Below are positions 1-15,054 of a stretch of DNA of 64,000 bases, piece by piece. Origin of the DNA: Candidatus Multivorans sp. GTDB taxonomy: Bacteria; Acidobacteriota; Thermoanaerobaculia; Multivoradales; Multivoraceae. Each line of letters starts with the position of its first letter. The stretch's first letter is position 1. The notes beneath the pieces are model-generated. The model worked only from the letters and a program-made list of their open reading frames with translations, was not told the DNA's origin and did no database searches. The DNA is taken from contig OZ251997.1 in assembly GCA_965247095.1 (NCBI GenBank), positions 2,048,001-2,112,000 on the forward strand, written 5' to 3'. The position numbers and the translations under genes are program-made.

Positions 1-1
1 C

Positions 2-871
2 GTCAGGGCACAAGTCACGCGCAATCGGGCCTCTCGAAACGACCTCCAGAGCCAATGGCTTGAGGCCCGGGACATCGTTCGGGTGACCGGGCACACTTCC
101 GATCTGTTGGTGCGCTTCCGCCACAGCCTGCGCCTGAGTGGCAAGGTCCGCGGCCTGTCCGAGGGGGAGCTGGAACGGCTCCGACTGGAAGCCGTTGGGC
201 CCGACCTGACCCGGCACGATGCGGAGACGATCCGCGGCTACCCAGACCAGTTCTTCTTCCGCGGCTTGGACTCGGGTCAATGGACGGTTATCGCCCGAGT
301 CGGAAACTCGAACCGGCGCGCGGAGCAGCAGATCACACTGGAAGAACGCGACGCACGAATCGACCTCGCCTTCGAACCCCTGCCCACGCTGAGTGGCGCG
401 GTGACTCTCGACGGCCAGCCACTCCAGGGGGCCCACGTTCTGCTGATCCAAGGCCAGAATTGGACAAGCGCCCGCCGATTCTGGACCCGGCATGACGGAA
501 CGTTCCACTTCCCCGACCTGGAATCCGGCAGCTACACCGTCGCCGTCGGCGCAGAGACGCGCATTGTCTCGGTGCACGGCGACTCCCAACGGTTCATTGA
601 TCTAAGCTCTGGAGGAATCGAGGGTGCCGCCCATGACCCCGTTTCCAGCGCTCCGCTCGCCGGGGCGACGGTGCGCCTCTGGCCAGCCTGGTCGGAACGG
701 CAGGATGCGGAACGGTTCGGCATCGCCCGTACGACGTTTGTAGACCGCCAGGGCCAGTTCGCATTTGATCGTCTGCCCGAGGGCGCATGGAACCTGGAGG
801 TCGAGGGCGTCGGTGGCGCACGGCACATCAGTGTTGGTCCCAACGCCGTGATCCAGATCACCGTACCCTGA
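2..871 (+). CDS. Carboxypeptidase regulatory-like (prealbumin-fold) repeat protein, 5' truncated by window edge
   Basis: Frame is open from base 2. Repeated motifs such as LSGAVTLDGQPLQGAHV...DGTFHFPDLESGSYTV and IEGAAHDPVSSAPLAGATV...GQFAFDRLPEGAW. Confidence 0.7.
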   Translation, partial: VRAQVTRNRASRNDLQSQWLEARDIVRVTGHTSDLLVRFRHSLRLSGKVRGLSEGELERLRLEAVGPDLTRHDAETIRGYPDQFFFRGLDSGQWTVIARVGNSNRRAEQQITLEERDARIDLAFEPLPTLSGAVTLDGQPLQGAHVLLIQGQNWTSARRFWTRHDGTFHFPDLESGSYTVAVGAETRIVSVHGDSQRFIDLSSGGIEGAAHDPVSSAPLAGATVRLWPAWSERQDAERFGIARTTFVDRQGQFAFDRLPEGAWNLEVEGVGGARHISVGPNAVIQITVP

Positions 872-963
872 GATAAGGCCGGTACGCCGCTGAACGGGCG
901 CGGGCGAGACGACCGCCCTCCCAGGGTGTGGACGAGCTTCCCGCCGGCAGCGCACTGCCCCCT

Positions 964-984
964 AGCATCAATTTCTCTAATGCT
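964..984. promoter_or_regulatory. Putative LysR binding site (T-N11-A inside the inverted repeat AGCAT-N11-ATGCT)
   Basis: Sequence agcat caatttctcta atgct, an AT-rich dyad 47 bp upstream of the lysR ATG. Confidence 0.55.
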
Positions 985-1030
985 CCGCGGTTGCCCATGA
1001 GATGCATCTAATGTAAGATCCGCCCTTACG

Positions 1031-1951
1031 ATGCAAGGGCTCCGGATCTTCTGCGATGTCGCCGATCTGCGCAGCTTCAGCCGTGCGGCCGAGCTTCACG
1101 GCATCACCCAGTCGGCGGTCAGTCAGCGCATCCATCATCTCGAAGAACGGCTCGGCACGAAGCTGCTCGATCGCTCGAAGCGCCCGTTCGTGCTCACGCC
1201 GGCCGGCGATCTCGTGTCCCGCGAAGGGCGCGAGCTGGTGGCCCGCTACGACTCGCTGGCCCGTAGCGTCGCGCGACTCGACCCCGAGCGGGGCGGGTCC
1301 GTCCGCGTCCACGCGATCTACTCCGCGGAGATCGCGCTGCTGAACCAGTTGCGGACCGAGTTCCAGCGCCGGCGGCCCGAGCTGGAGGTCCAGATCGAGT
1401 ACGAGCCGCCCGCCGCGGTCGCCGAATCCGCACGGACCGGCCGCTGCGACTTCGGCATCGTCTCCTACCCGGAGCAGTGGCCGGGCCTGCAGTCGCGGCC
1501 GCTGCGCGAGGAGCCGATGTGCCTTGCCTGCGGGGTGCATCACGAACTGGCGAGCGAAGAACGGGTCCGGGCAGCCGACCTCGACAGCCGGGAGTTGATC
1601 CACTTCACGCACGAACTCCCCGCGGCACGTCACATCCGGAGCTACCTGGTCGAGAACGGGGCCGACGCGGTGTTCGCCCAGCGCCTCGACAACATCGACA
1701 CGTTCAAGAGCATGCTCCAGGCGACCGAATACGCGGCGATCCTGCCGCTGCGGACGTTTCTCGCCGAGGTCCGGGCCGGGCTGCTCGCCGCCGTGCCGCT
1801 CGAACCGTCGCTCGAGCGGCCGATGGGCATCGTCTACGCCCGCCGCCGGCTGCGCCCGGCCGCACAGGATTTTGCCGCGTTCCTGGTCGAGAACGCCGGA
1901 CCGCTGACCGCCGACAACGAGCAGCGTGCGCAGGACGGTGAAGCCGCATGA
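1031..1951 (+). CDS. LysR-family transcriptional regulator (probable regulator of glutamate synthase)
   Basis: N-terminal HTH LRIFCDVADLRSFSRAAELHGITQSAVSQRIHHLEERLG; 306 aa; directly upstream of gltB. Confidence 0.93.
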   Translation: MQGLRIFCDVADLRSFSRAAELHGITQSAVSQRIHHLEERLGTKLLDRSKRPFVLTPAGDLVSREGRELVARYDSLARSVARLDPERGGSVRVHAIYSAEIALLNQLRTEFQRRRPELEVQIEYEPPAAVAESARTGRCDFGIVSYPEQWPGLQSRPLREEPMCLACGVHHELASEERVRAADLDSRELIHFTHELPAARHIRSYLVENGADAVFAQRLDNIDTFKSMLQATEYAAILPLRTFLAEVRAGLLAAVPLEPSLERPMGIVYARRRLRPAAQDFAAFLVENAGPLTADNEQRAQDGEAA

Positions 1952-2039
1952 TGCTCCGTCCCGGTTCAGAGGTGGGCGCCGGCCTCCTGGCCGGCCGTGT
2001 GCCCCGAACGTCGCATCGACAGGGGCCGGTGGAGGCAAG

Positions 2040-6623
<4,584 letters not shown>

Positions 6624-6690
6624 GGACGCCGGCGGCGGTACGATTCGCACCATCAAGAGCCACGCGCAGCCGAACCATGCAGACTCCGAT

Positions 6691-6716
6691 CCTGGGAACG
6701 CGGGCATCTTGCCCGC
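6691..6716 (-). repeat. Single dispersed copy of the 26-bp REP-like palindromic unit
   Basis: cctgggaacgcgggcatcttgcccgc is the reverse complement, with 1 mismatch, of the AGGAT-loop unit in the 24223-24353 array. It lies in the gltB-gltD spacer. Confidence 0.85.
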
Positions 6717-6767
6717 ATTCGGCGCACAGCGCCGGCCTGTTCGGCGCGTAGGAGGGCACGCGGGGTC

Positions 6768-8282
6768 ATGGGCAAGGACACCGGCTTCAAGGAGTACGCG
6801 CGCGCGGCGGTTCCCTATCAGGACCCGCTGATCCGGATCACGCACTACGGCGAGTTCCTGCAGCCGGTGCCCGAGGAGCATCTCGCCACGCAGGGCGCTC
6901 GCTGCATGGACTGCGGCGTGCCCTTCTGCCAGTCCGACGAGGGCTGTCCGATCGACAACCTGATCCCCGAGTGGAACGACCTCGTCTACCAGGGCCGCTG
7001 GCGCGAGGCGCTAAGGAGGCTGGAGCGGACGAACAACTTCCCCGAGTTCACCGGACGCGTCTGCCCCGCGCCCTGCGAGGGCGCCTGCGTGCTGGGGATC
7101 ACCGATCCCGCGGTAACGATCAAGAACATCGAGAACGCGATCGTCGACCGGGGATTCGAGGAGGGCTGGGTCGTCCCCAGGTTGCCAACGACACGGACCG
7201 GCAAGAAGGTGGCCGTCATCGGCTCCGGGCCGGCGGGCCTCGCCGCCGCCGCCCAGTTGAACAGCGTCGGCCACGGCGTCGTCGTGTTCGAGCGGGAGGA
7301 CCGGATCGGCGGCCTGCTGATGTACGGCATCCCGAACATGAAACTGGACAAGCGCGAGGTCGTCGACCGCCGGATCGACCTGATGCGGGCCGAGGGCATC
7401 GAGTTCGTGACCGGGGCGCACGTCGGCCGGAATGTCGATATCGACGACCTGCGGCGGGACTACGACGCGATTCTGCTCGCCTGCGGCGCCACCCGGCCGC
7501 GCGACCTCGAGATACCGGGGCGCGAGCTCACCGGCGTCCAATTCGCGATGGAGTTCCTGACCGAACACACGCGGGCGCTGCTGGACGCCGACCTGCCCAG
7601 CGACGCCACACCAAGGGACGACACGGGGGTCATCACGCCCCCGATCGATGCCTCCGGCAAGAACGTGATCGTGATCGGCGGCGGCGACACGGGCGCCGAC
7701 TGCATCGCCACCGCGACGCGCCACGGCTGCGACTCCATGGTCAACTTCGAGGTCCTCGACCGGCCGCCCGAGGCACGCGCGCCGGACAACCCGTGGCCGG
7801 AATGGCCGCGCATCTTCCGCGTCGAGTACGCCCACGCCGAGGCCGCGGCAAGGTTCGGCGCCGACCCGCGCGTGTTCTCCGTCCTCTCGAAGCGCTTCGT
7901 GGACGACGGGGCCGGCAACGTCGCGGGCATCGAGACCGTGCGCATCGCCTGGCGAAGGGACTCTGACGGCCGTTTCACGATGGAGGAGCTGCCGGGCACC
8001 GAGGAGACCTTCGAGGCCGACCTGGTGCTGCTGGCCATGGGTTTCCTCGGGCCCGAGGCCACGCTCGGCGAGCAGTTGGGGCTTGAGACCGACCCCCGCA
8101 GCAACTTCGCCGCCGCGCCCGGGGACTACGCAACTTCCGCCCCCGGCGTGTTCGCAGCCGGCGACTGCCGCCGCGGCCAGAGCCTGATCGTGTGGGCGAT
8201 CAACGAGGGGCGCGGCGCCGCCGCCCGGATCGACGAGTACCTCACCGGGGGTACCGACCTGCCCTTCCCGTCGGCGCTTTGA
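6768..8282 (+). CDS. gltD: Glutamate synthase small subunit
   Basis: [40 protein letters not shown] and [19 protein letters not shown] motifs. Confidence 0.97.
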   Translation: MGKDTGFKEYARAAVPYQDPLIRITHYGEFLQPVPEEHLATQGARCMDCGVPFCQSDEGCPIDNLIPEWNDLVYQGRWREALRRLERTNNFPEFTGRVCPAPCEGACVLGITDPAVTIKNIENAIVDRGFEEGWVVPRLPTTRTGKKVAVIGSGPAGLAAAAQLNSVGHGVVVFEREDRIGGLLMYGIPNMKLDKREVVDRRIDLMRAEGIEFVTGAHVGRNVDIDDLRRDYDAILLACGATRPRDLEIPGRELTGVQFAMEFLTEHTRALLDADLPSDATPRDDTGVITPPIDASGKNVIVIGGGDTGADCIATATRHGCDSMVNFEVLDRPPEARAPDNPWPEWPRIFRVEYAHAEAAARFGADPRVFSVLSKRFVDDGAGNVAGIETVRIAWRRDSDGRFTMEELPGTEETFEADLVLLAMGFLGPEATLGEQLGLETDPRSNFAAAPGDYATSAPGVFAAGDCRRGQSLIVWAINEGRGAAARIDEYLTGGTDLPFPSAL

Positions 8283-8368
8283 GGATCAGGCCACCCCTGG
8301 GAGAGGGTCGACCCGCCATCACCGGCGCCACTCCGAGATTCAACTGTTTGGACCAGTTTCGCGATTCT

Positions 8369-8397
8369 TTGACGGGCGGCGAAGCGGCCTCTATAGT
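8369..8397 (+). promoter_or_regulatory. sigma70-type promoter of the TonB-dependent receptor
   Basis: TTGACG-17 nt-TATAGT. Confidence 0.7.
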
Positions 8398-8539
8398 GTT
8401 CCTAGTTCGTGGCCTTGCGCCGACGCGCCCCACCACTCGCCACAACCAACGGACAAGCCTTCGACGCGTGAACCGCACGCCGACGAATTCTCAATTGAGT
8501 TCGGCGGCATTCAACCAGCAACAGAGGAGAACACCTACC

Positions 8540-11455
8540 ATGCAGTGGACCCGGCCCCGGGCACGTCTTCTTGCGATCCTCCTGGCAACGACCTGCGCCT
8601 TCCTCATGGCCGGCGCCGGTGTGGCCCAAACCATCAACGGCACCGTCCAGGGCTACATCTCCGATGTCGCCGGTGACCCGATTCCCGGCGCGACAGTTAC
8701 GGCGACCAACCAGGACACCGGCATCAACCGGGCCGTCATCACCGATGCGAACGGCTTCTACAGCGCCAAGGCGCTGCAGGTCGGCACCTACACCGTGTCC
8801 GCCGAACTCGCCGGCATGCAGACGACCCAGCAGACCGACATCTCGGTCCTGGTCGGCCAGATCAAGGACATCAACCTGACGTTGGCGGTCGAGTCGTCTT
8901 CCGAGGTGATCACGGTCACCTCCGAGGCGCCGATCATCGAGACCAGCCGCTCCGGCGCCGCGAACTACATCGACGAAGTCCAGATCGAGAGCCTGCCGAT
9001 CGTCGGCCGCGACTTCACCGACTTCGCCATCCTGACTCCGGGCGTGCAGCGCGACAGCCAGCGCGGCTTCCTGACCATCTCCGGCCAGCGCGGCATGTAC
9101 AGCGGTCTCTCCGTTGACGGCGCCGACAACAAGAGCACCTTCTTCGGCTACGGCCGTGGCGGCGAGGCGACGGAGAACGACGGGTTGATCGTCGCTCAGG
9201 ACACCGTGCGCCAGTTCCAGGTGGTCACCAACGGCTTCTCGCCCGAGTACGGCCGCCACGGCGGCGCCTTCATCAACGTGGTCACGAAGTCCGGCACCAA
9301 CGAGATGAAGGGTTCAGCCTTCGCCTTCTTCCGCGATGACAGCATGGCCGAGGATCTGCCCTCGTCGCCGCTCGACGACTTCAACGGCCGCGACGGTTCG
9401 CGGTCCGTCGACGAGTTCGACACGCAGAACTACGGCTTCTCGATCGGCGGTCCGTTCAAGCGAGACCGCACCCACTATTTCTTCGGCATCGACCAGCGCG
9501 ACCAGGACATCCCCTTCACCCGGTCGCTGCGCTCGACCGGCGCCAACAGCAGCTACGACCTGATCATGCAGCGGGCCCAGAACGAGCCCGCCTTCGCGGC
9601 CCTGGTCGACGGGTTCACCCGTAACTCGGACGGATCGGCCACCGGCCTGTTCCTGCGCTCGGTCAGCAACCAGATCCTGTTCGGCAAGCTGGACCACCAG
9701 ATCAACGCCTCGAACCTGATCACGCTGCGAGCGAATCTCACCGACTTTGAGCGCGAAAGCAGCTATCTCGACGAGGAGTCGCTGAAGACGGAGGACACCT
9801 TCTCCTTCATCGCGTCGATGACATCGGTGATCGGCAGCCGCGGCGTGAACGAGTTGCGCATCCAGTCGGCCGACGACAACCTGGACCGTCTGTCCCTGCG
9901 CGTCGGAACCCCGATCGAGGCTCAGGTCCGGTTCCGCTTCGCCTCCCGCGACAGCGTCGGCAAGTTCGACTTCCTGCCGATCTTCGTCGAGGAGTCGCAG
10001 CTTCAGATCAAGGACGATTTCTCGTACCTGTTCGGCGCCCACGACATGAAGTTCGGCGTCGACTACTCGAAGGATGATCTGGCGCAGCTCTTCGCGGGCA
10101 GCCGCGATGGCCGCTACGACTTCCGGTCGGCTGAGGATTTCCTGAACAACGAGGCGAGCAACGCGCGGATCTGGTTCGGCGATTCGACCTATCCGAACTA
10201 CGACGAGACCCAGGCTGCGCTCGCGTTCTACGGCCAGGACAGCCTGAAGCGGGACAACCTGACCCTCAACTACGGTCTCCGCTACACCTCGACCGACAAC
10301 CCCGACGGCCTGGACCACATCGAGGAGGACGGTCGCCAAATCCCGGATACGGCAAACCTGGCGCCCCGCTTCGGCTTCGCGCTGGCCTCGAACGAGGGCC
10401 AGTCCGTCTTCCGTGGCGGCATCGGCCTCTTCTTCGGCCGTACGCCCACCCTGCTGTTCGCCAACCAGGTGCAGGCCAACGGCGTGCCGCCGAACTATGG
10501 CCGGATCAACGTCCGTTCGGGCCAGAACGGCTACGTGCCGCTCGGCACGCCGATCGACAACGAGAACCCGCCGCCGGGAATCACTCCCGCGATCTCCTAC
10601 GTCGATCCCGCGTTTGACGATGCGAAGACACTTCGCGCGAGCGTCGGCTGGGAGCGTGAACTCGCCGGTGGCTGGAGCACGGGAGTCGATGTGGTGTACG
10701 CCGAGGCGACGGGCCTGCAGCGGAACACGGACTGGAACCGCCAGTTCGGCGGCTACGACGAGTACGGCCGCCCCTCCTGGGACGGCCGCGTGCGCGACGA
10801 TGTCGCCGAGATCCTCGTCCGGCAGTCCCGCGGCGAGTCCGAGTACCAGGCGGTGACCCTGAAGGTGAACCGCCGTTTCACGGGCCGCTACCAGTTCAAC
10901 GCCCACTACACCTGGGGCAAGGATCGCGACACCGACTCGAACGAACGTTCGGCGACCGGCGTCACGATCTCCGACCTGAGCAACCTGGACTACGACTGGG
11001 GTCTCTCGAGCCGTGACGTGAAGCACCGCCTGGTAGCCACCGGCATGATCCAACTGCCCGCCGACTTCCAGATTTCGGGCATTGTGAACTACCAGTCGGG
11101 CAACCCCTACACGGCGATCGACAACGGCCTCGACTTCCCGTATTGCGGCAGCGTTGGCTTCAATTGCCCCGACCAGTACGCGGTGATCGACGGCAACCTC
11201 GTGGGCAGGAACTCGTTCCGCAACGAGTCGATCCAGACCGTGGATGTCCGAGTCGGCAAGTTCTTCCGCTTCGGCGACGGCTTGCGGTTGGACGTGTTCG
11301 TCGAGGCGTTCAACCTCTTCGACCAGCACAGCTTCGCGGTCTGCACCGGTCAGCGCGATGTGCGGGGCGGCGTGGTTCGCGATGACTTCGGGATTCCCTG
11401 CGGTCGGGTGACGTCGTGGCGTCAGTTGCAGCTTGGCGCCCGGTTCAGCTTCTAG
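8540..11455 (+). CDS. TonB-dependent receptor, Oar-like, with N-terminal carboxypeptidase-regulatory domain
   Basis: GAGGAG SD before ATG 8540; signal peptide; FQVVTNGFSPEYGRHGGAFINVVTKSGTN plug motif; N..PRFGFA; C-terminal RQLQLGARFSF. Confidence 0.93.
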   Translation: MQWTRPRARLLAILLATTCAFLMAGAGVAQTINGTVQGYISDVAGDPIPGATVTATNQDTGINRAVITDANGFYSAKALQVGTYTVSAELAGMQTTQQTDISVLVGQIKDINLTLAVESSSEVITVTSEAPIIETSRSGAANYIDEVQIESLPIVGRDFTDFAILTPGVQRDSQRGFLTISGQRGMYSGLSVDGADNKSTFFGYGRGGEATENDGLIVAQDTVRQFQVVTNGFSPEYGRHGGAFINVVTKSGTNEMKGSAFAFFRDDSMAEDLPSSPLDDFNGRDGSRSVDEFDTQNYGFSIGGPFKRDRTHYFFGIDQRDQDIPFTRSLRSTGANSSYDLIMQRAQNEPAFAALVDGFTRNSDGSATGLFLRSVSNQILFGKLDHQINASNLITLRANLTDFERESSYLDEESLKTEDTFSFIASMTSVIGSRGVNELRIQSADDNLDRLSLRVGTPIEAQVRFRFASRDSVGKFDFLPIFVEESQLQIKDDFSYLFGAHDMKFGVDYSKDDLAQLFAGSRDGRYDFRSAEDFLNNEASNARIWFGDSTYPNYDETQAALAFYGQDSLKRDNLTLNYGLRYTSTDNPDGLDHIEEDGRQIPDTANLAPRFGFALASNEGQSVFRGGIGLFFGRTPTLLFANQVQANGVPPNYGRINVRSGQNGYVPLGTPIDNENPPPGITPAISYVDPAFDDAKTLRASVGWERELAGGWSTGVDVVYAEATGLQRNTDWNRQFGGYDEYGRPSWDGRVRDDVAEILVRQSRGESEYQAVTLKVNRRFTGRYQFNAHYTWGKDRDTDSNERSATGVTISDLSNLDYDWGLSSRDVKHRLVATGMIQLPADFQISGIVNYQSGNPYTAIDNGLDFPYCGSVGFNCPDQYAVIDGNLVGRNSFRNESIQTVDVRVGKFFRFGDGLRLDVFVEAFNLFDQHSFAVCTGQRDVRGGVVRDDFGIPCGRVTSWRQLQLGARFSF

Positions 11456-11505
11456 CAGGCTGAAACCAGGAGGCTGCGGCGCCTGACGCCGCGGCAACAA
11501 GACGC

Positions 11506-11542
11506 AAGGGCCTCTCCGGCAACGGGGAGGCCCTTTCTTCTT
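11506..11542 (+). terminator. Rho-independent terminator
   Basis: aagggcctctccg-gcaa-cggggaggccctt hairpin followed by a T-rich tail, between convergent genes. Confidence 0.8.
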
Positions 11543-11605
11543 GTGGGGCGGGGTCGTCTCGCGCGGCCGTCTGCGCGTCCGCAGCGCAGGCTCGAAGCCG
11601 GATGA

Positions 11606-12562
11606 TCAGCGCCCGAGGCGCCGCAGAAGCTCGGTTTCGTCGGCGCATGTCTGCGCCGCCTGGACCATCTCGACCTCGGACCAGCCGCGGAGGCCAGCCA
11701 GGCGTTCGGTCAGGCCCGGACTCGCGGGAACGCCGCGGGCCTGGAGCAACGCGACGACCATGCGGGCACGCCCCTCGGAGCGGCCCTCGGCGCGCTCGCT
11801 GCGGAGCCAGGGATCGTCGTCCGGGCCGGTCCCTTCGGCGGTGCCGAGGCGGCGCCCCACCCGGCGCAGCGCCTCCAGGGTCTCCCGAGACACGATCCGC
11901 TCGTTCAGCGCCCGGTGGATCTCCACCGCCGTCCAGCCCGGAAAGGCTCGGCTGGCGGACGACGTCCGATAACGGCCCGCCTCCAGGACGTGGATCGTCA
12001 GTCCAGGAAGCCGCGACCTCGGACGCGACCGCTCGTCCGGCACGTCGACCCATACCTCCGGGAAACCCCACGCCTCGTAGAGCCGCAGCTTGCGCACCCG
12101 GGCGTCGGTCGAGTAGTCCACCTCCACGGTCACGTCGGGCAACTCGTCGCCATCGACGTCGACCCCCGGACCCCAGCCGGCCACCTCCAGTGGATGCAGG
12201 TACAGAATCTGGTCCGCCTGCATCAACACCTTGCGCCCGCCGCCGCTCTTGAAACGCACGAGATCCGCGGTGCCGAACGTCTCGATCGGCGAACCTCTCG
12301 ACGCCGCGATGCGCTCGGCCAATCTGGCCAACCGCTGCGAAGGCCGCTCGTGGTACACGGTCGTCGGCTCGCACACGACCATCGCCGTCTCGGTGCGGGC
12401 CTCCCAGTACTCGAGACGGCCGTCGTAGTCCTCGATGTCCTCGAGCCGGATGCGGATCGCCCGGCAACCGGGGAAGTCGGCCGGGTCGAGTGGGGCCTCC
12501 TCCGGGTCGATCAGCCCGGCTTCCGGCGCCTGCGGAGTCGCCGACTCGACGGGCTCAGCCAT
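11606..12562 (-). CDS. Uma2/DUF820-type PD-(D/E)XK nuclease with EGR-repeat C-terminal tail (copy 1)
   Basis: RLEYWE, HERP, QADQILYL, PDVTVEVD and YEAWGFPEVW motifs typical of Uma2. Start MAEPVES lies 7 nt after TGtTATTCT. Confidence 0.8.
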   Translation of the reverse strand: MAEPVESATPQAPEAGLIDPEEAPLDPADFPGCRAIRIRLEDIEDYDGRLEYWEARTETAMVVCEPTTVYHERPSQRLARLAERIAASRGSPIETFGTADLVRFKSGGGRKVLMQADQILYLHPLEVAGWGPGVDVDGDELPDVTVEVDYSTDARVRKLRLYEAWGFPEVWVDVPDERSRPRSRLPGLTIHVLEAGRYRTSSASRAFPGWTAVEIHRALNERIVSRETLEALRRVGRRLGTAEGTGPDDDPWLRSERAEGRSEGRARMVVALLQARGVPASPGLTERLAGLRGWSEVEMVQAAQTCADETELLRRLGR

Positions 12563-12674
12563 GACCGCGAGAATAACACCGGCAACGAGCTCCGGCGATG
12601 CTGAAGGGAGCGGGGCTCGCTTCCCGGTTCTCGGGGCGGCCTTCTGGAGCAGGGCCGACCCCCAGGCCCCAGGC

Positions 12675-13655
12675 TCAGCGCCCGAGGCGCCGCAGAAGCT
12701 CGGCTTCGTCGGCGCATGTCTGCGCCGCCTGGACCATCTCGACCTCGGACCAGCCGCTGAGGCCGGCCAGGCGTTCGGCCAGGCCCGGGCTCGCGGGAAC
12801 GCCGCGCGCCTGGAGTACCGCGACCACCATGCGGGCACGACCCTCCGCGCGGCCCTCGGCATGGGCCACCCCACGCACCTCGGCACGCTCCGCCCGCAAC
12901 CACGGATCGTCGTCCGGGCCGGTCCCTTCCAAGGCGCCCAGAGCGCGACCGACGCGACGCAGCACGGCCAGGGTCTCCGGTGACGGCTGGCGCCGGCTCA
13001 GCGCGACGTGGATCTCCTCGGCCGTCCAGCCCGGGAACGAGCGGCTGCAGGACGCTTCCTGAAAACGCTCGCCGTCGTGGACGTGAATCGTCAGACCGGG
13101 GCGCCGCGACTTCGGACGCAGACGCTCATCCGGCACGTCGACCCAGACCTCCGGGAAGCCCCACGCCTCGTAGAGCGGCAGCTTCCACACCCGCACGTCG
13201 GTCGAGTAGTCGACCTCCAGGACCACGTCCGGCAGCACGTGGCCGTCCACGTCCACCACCGGGGCCCCGACCGGCAACACGCTCGGATCGAGGTACAGGA
13301 TCTGATCCGCCTGGATCAGTGCCCTGCGCCCGCCGTGAGCCTTGAAACGCACCAGGTCCGTGGTCCCGAAGGTCTCGATCGGCGAGCCTCTCGAAGCCGC
13401 GATCAGCCGCGCCAGACCCGCCAACCGCTGCGAGGGCCGCTCGTGGTACGCGGTCGTCGGCTCGCAGACCACCATCGCCATCTCGGACCGCGCCTCCCAG
13501 TACTCGAGGCGGCCCTCGTAGTCCTCGATCTCCTCCCGCGAGATGCGAACCGTCCGGCAACCGGATTCGCCGGCCAGTGCGAGCGGGGACTTTCCCGGAG
13601 CATTCGATCTCTGCCCTCGAGCCGTGCGAACTACAGCCTGGGCAGGTTCGACCAT
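12675..13655 (-). CDS. Uma2/DUF820-type PD-(D/E)XK nuclease with EGR-repeat C-terminal tail (copy 2)
   Basis: Tandem paralog of 11606-12562 with the same motifs (PDVVLEVD, YEAWGFPEVW). Start MVEPAQ lies 7 nt after TGgTAGCCT. Confidence 0.8.
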   Translation of the reverse strand: MVEPAQAVVRTARGQRSNAPGKSPLALAGESGCRTVRISREEIEDYEGRLEYWEARSEMAMVVCEPTTAYHERPSQRLAGLARLIAASRGSPIETFGTTDLVRFKAHGGRRALIQADQILYLDPSVLPVGAPVVDVDGHVLPDVVLEVDYSTDVRVWKLPLYEAWGFPEVWVDVPDERLRPKSRRPGLTIHVHDGERFQEASCSRSFPGWTAEEIHVALSRRQPSPETLAVLRRVGRALGALEGTGPDDDPWLRAERAEVRGVAHAEGRAEGRARMVVAVLQARGVPASPGLAERLAGLSGWSEVEMVQAAQTCADEAELLRRLGR

Positions 13656-13758
13656 GGCCGCGAGGCTACCACCGCGCCACGCGGACCGAGACTCGATCTC
13701 CGGCTCGGTCCCCGGCAGCAGGGAGGCCTTTTCCGCCCGCGCGGACAGTCCCTGGACC

Positions 13759-15039
13759 TTAGACGTCGGCGAGATACGGAATCGTCTGCGGGCCCTCGGG
13801 CAATACGCAGATGTGCGCCCGCGGCCGATCCGCCAGGCACCCCTCAAGCGCCGCGTCGAGGTCCGGGGCCGGCTCGAAATGGGCCGAACGGAGCTGTGCC
13901 TCGTCCAGACCGTCCGCCTTGACCAGCACGCGGGCCCGCCGCTGGATCATCGCCTGGACCTGGACCTGCCACTGGTCCGGTTCGGTCACAGGTCGAGCCT
14001 CGATCTGCGCCAGCAGGTCCTCGGGCGAGTCGCCGCGGGCGAGCAACTCCGCGTAGCGCCCGTGATCCGGAATGCCGTCGCTGCACTCGGCGGCGCACAG
14101 GATCGTGCCGCCGTCGGTCACGACCTGCGCCGCCGCCGACATGCCCTTGACCGCCTGGTACAGGTTCTGGTCGAGCGGGTAGCCGGAGTTCGTCGTCACG
14201 ACGATCTCGAACCGCCTGCCGGTCTCCCGCATGGCGATCGGCCGCGCCGTTTCGCAAGCCCGCCGGTGCATGGCGAACAGCTCGCCGGCGAAGACGTGCG
14301 TGATCCGCTGCGTACGGTCCAGCAGGACATCCATGCTGAAGTGAGGCCGCGCCTCGGGCCGGGCCGAGATGGCGCGGATGTCGCTGTGGAGCGGATTGTC
14401 GTCGATGATTCCCCAGGTCGAGCGCGGGTCGCCGACGCGAGCGGCGTCGTGCAGGGTGAGTACGGTGTCGAGCCCCGCCAAGCCGGGCGCGACCATCTTT
14501 GGCCCGCCTGAAAAACCGGCAAAGAAGTGCGGTTCGACGAAGCCGGTCGTGATCCGGAGGTCCGCCTCGAGCCAGTGCCGGCAGAGCCGCGTCGGCACGC
14601 CGTCGCCGGTCTCCCCCAGGTCGACCAGGGACGAATCGTCGCGGGCGTCGTGGTTGATCACCCGGCAGGCGCCGAGGATCTCGTCGCCGAGCATCGTCAG
14701 GAGCTCGGCCGGCGTGTTCGCTCGGTGCGTACCCGTCGCGATCAGGATCGTCACGTCCTCCGGCCGCACGATCCCGTCCAGCTCGTCGAGCACAGCGCCG
14801 ACCATCTCGCGGCGCGGCTGCGCCCTGGTGATGTCGCACACCGAGATGGCCACTGTCTGCCCGGGCTTCGCGAGATCCCGGAGCGGCGGTCCGGCGACCG
14901 GCTGGCGCAGCGCCGCGGTGAGCGCCGCGTCCGGGTCTCGAAGCGCCGGCGCCTGGTGCGGCTCGATCACCGTCGTCCGCTCCCTCGGCAGCTCGATGTC
15001 CAGGCCTGTCCGGCCGTAGGCAAGCCTGACGCGCATCAA
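13759..15039 (-). CDS. larA: Nickel-pincer-dependent lactate racemase family protein
   Basis: DITR, ATGTHR, EPHFFAGFSGGPK and GYPLDQNLYQAVK motifs. Confidence 0.9.
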   Translation of the reverse strand: MMRVRLAYGRTGLDIELPRERTTVIEPHQAPALRDPDAALTAALRQPVAGPPLRDLAKPGQTVAISVCDITRAQPRREMVGAVLDELDGIVRPEDVTILIATGTHRANTPAELLTMLGDEILGACRVINHDARDDSSLVDLGETGDGVPTRLCRHWLEADLRITTGFVEPHFFAGFSGGPKMVAPGLAGLDTVLTLHDAARVGDPRSTWGIIDDNPLHSDIRAISARPEARPHFSMDVLLDRTQRITHVFAGELFAMHRRACETARPIAMRETGRRFEIVVTTNSGYPLDQNLYQAVKGMSAAAQVVTDGGTILCAAECSDGIPDHGRYAELLARGDSPEDLLAQIEARPVTEPDQWQVQVQAMIQRRARVLVKADGLDEAQLRSAHFEPAPDLDAALEGCLADRPRAHICVLPEGPQTIPYLADV

Positions 15040-15054
15040 GACCGCCCCGCGCCG

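Noticed and set aside
11606-13655. Insertion sequence or transposase call for the Uma2 pair
   Set aside because: No terminal inverted repeats, target duplications or DDE/HUH motifs.
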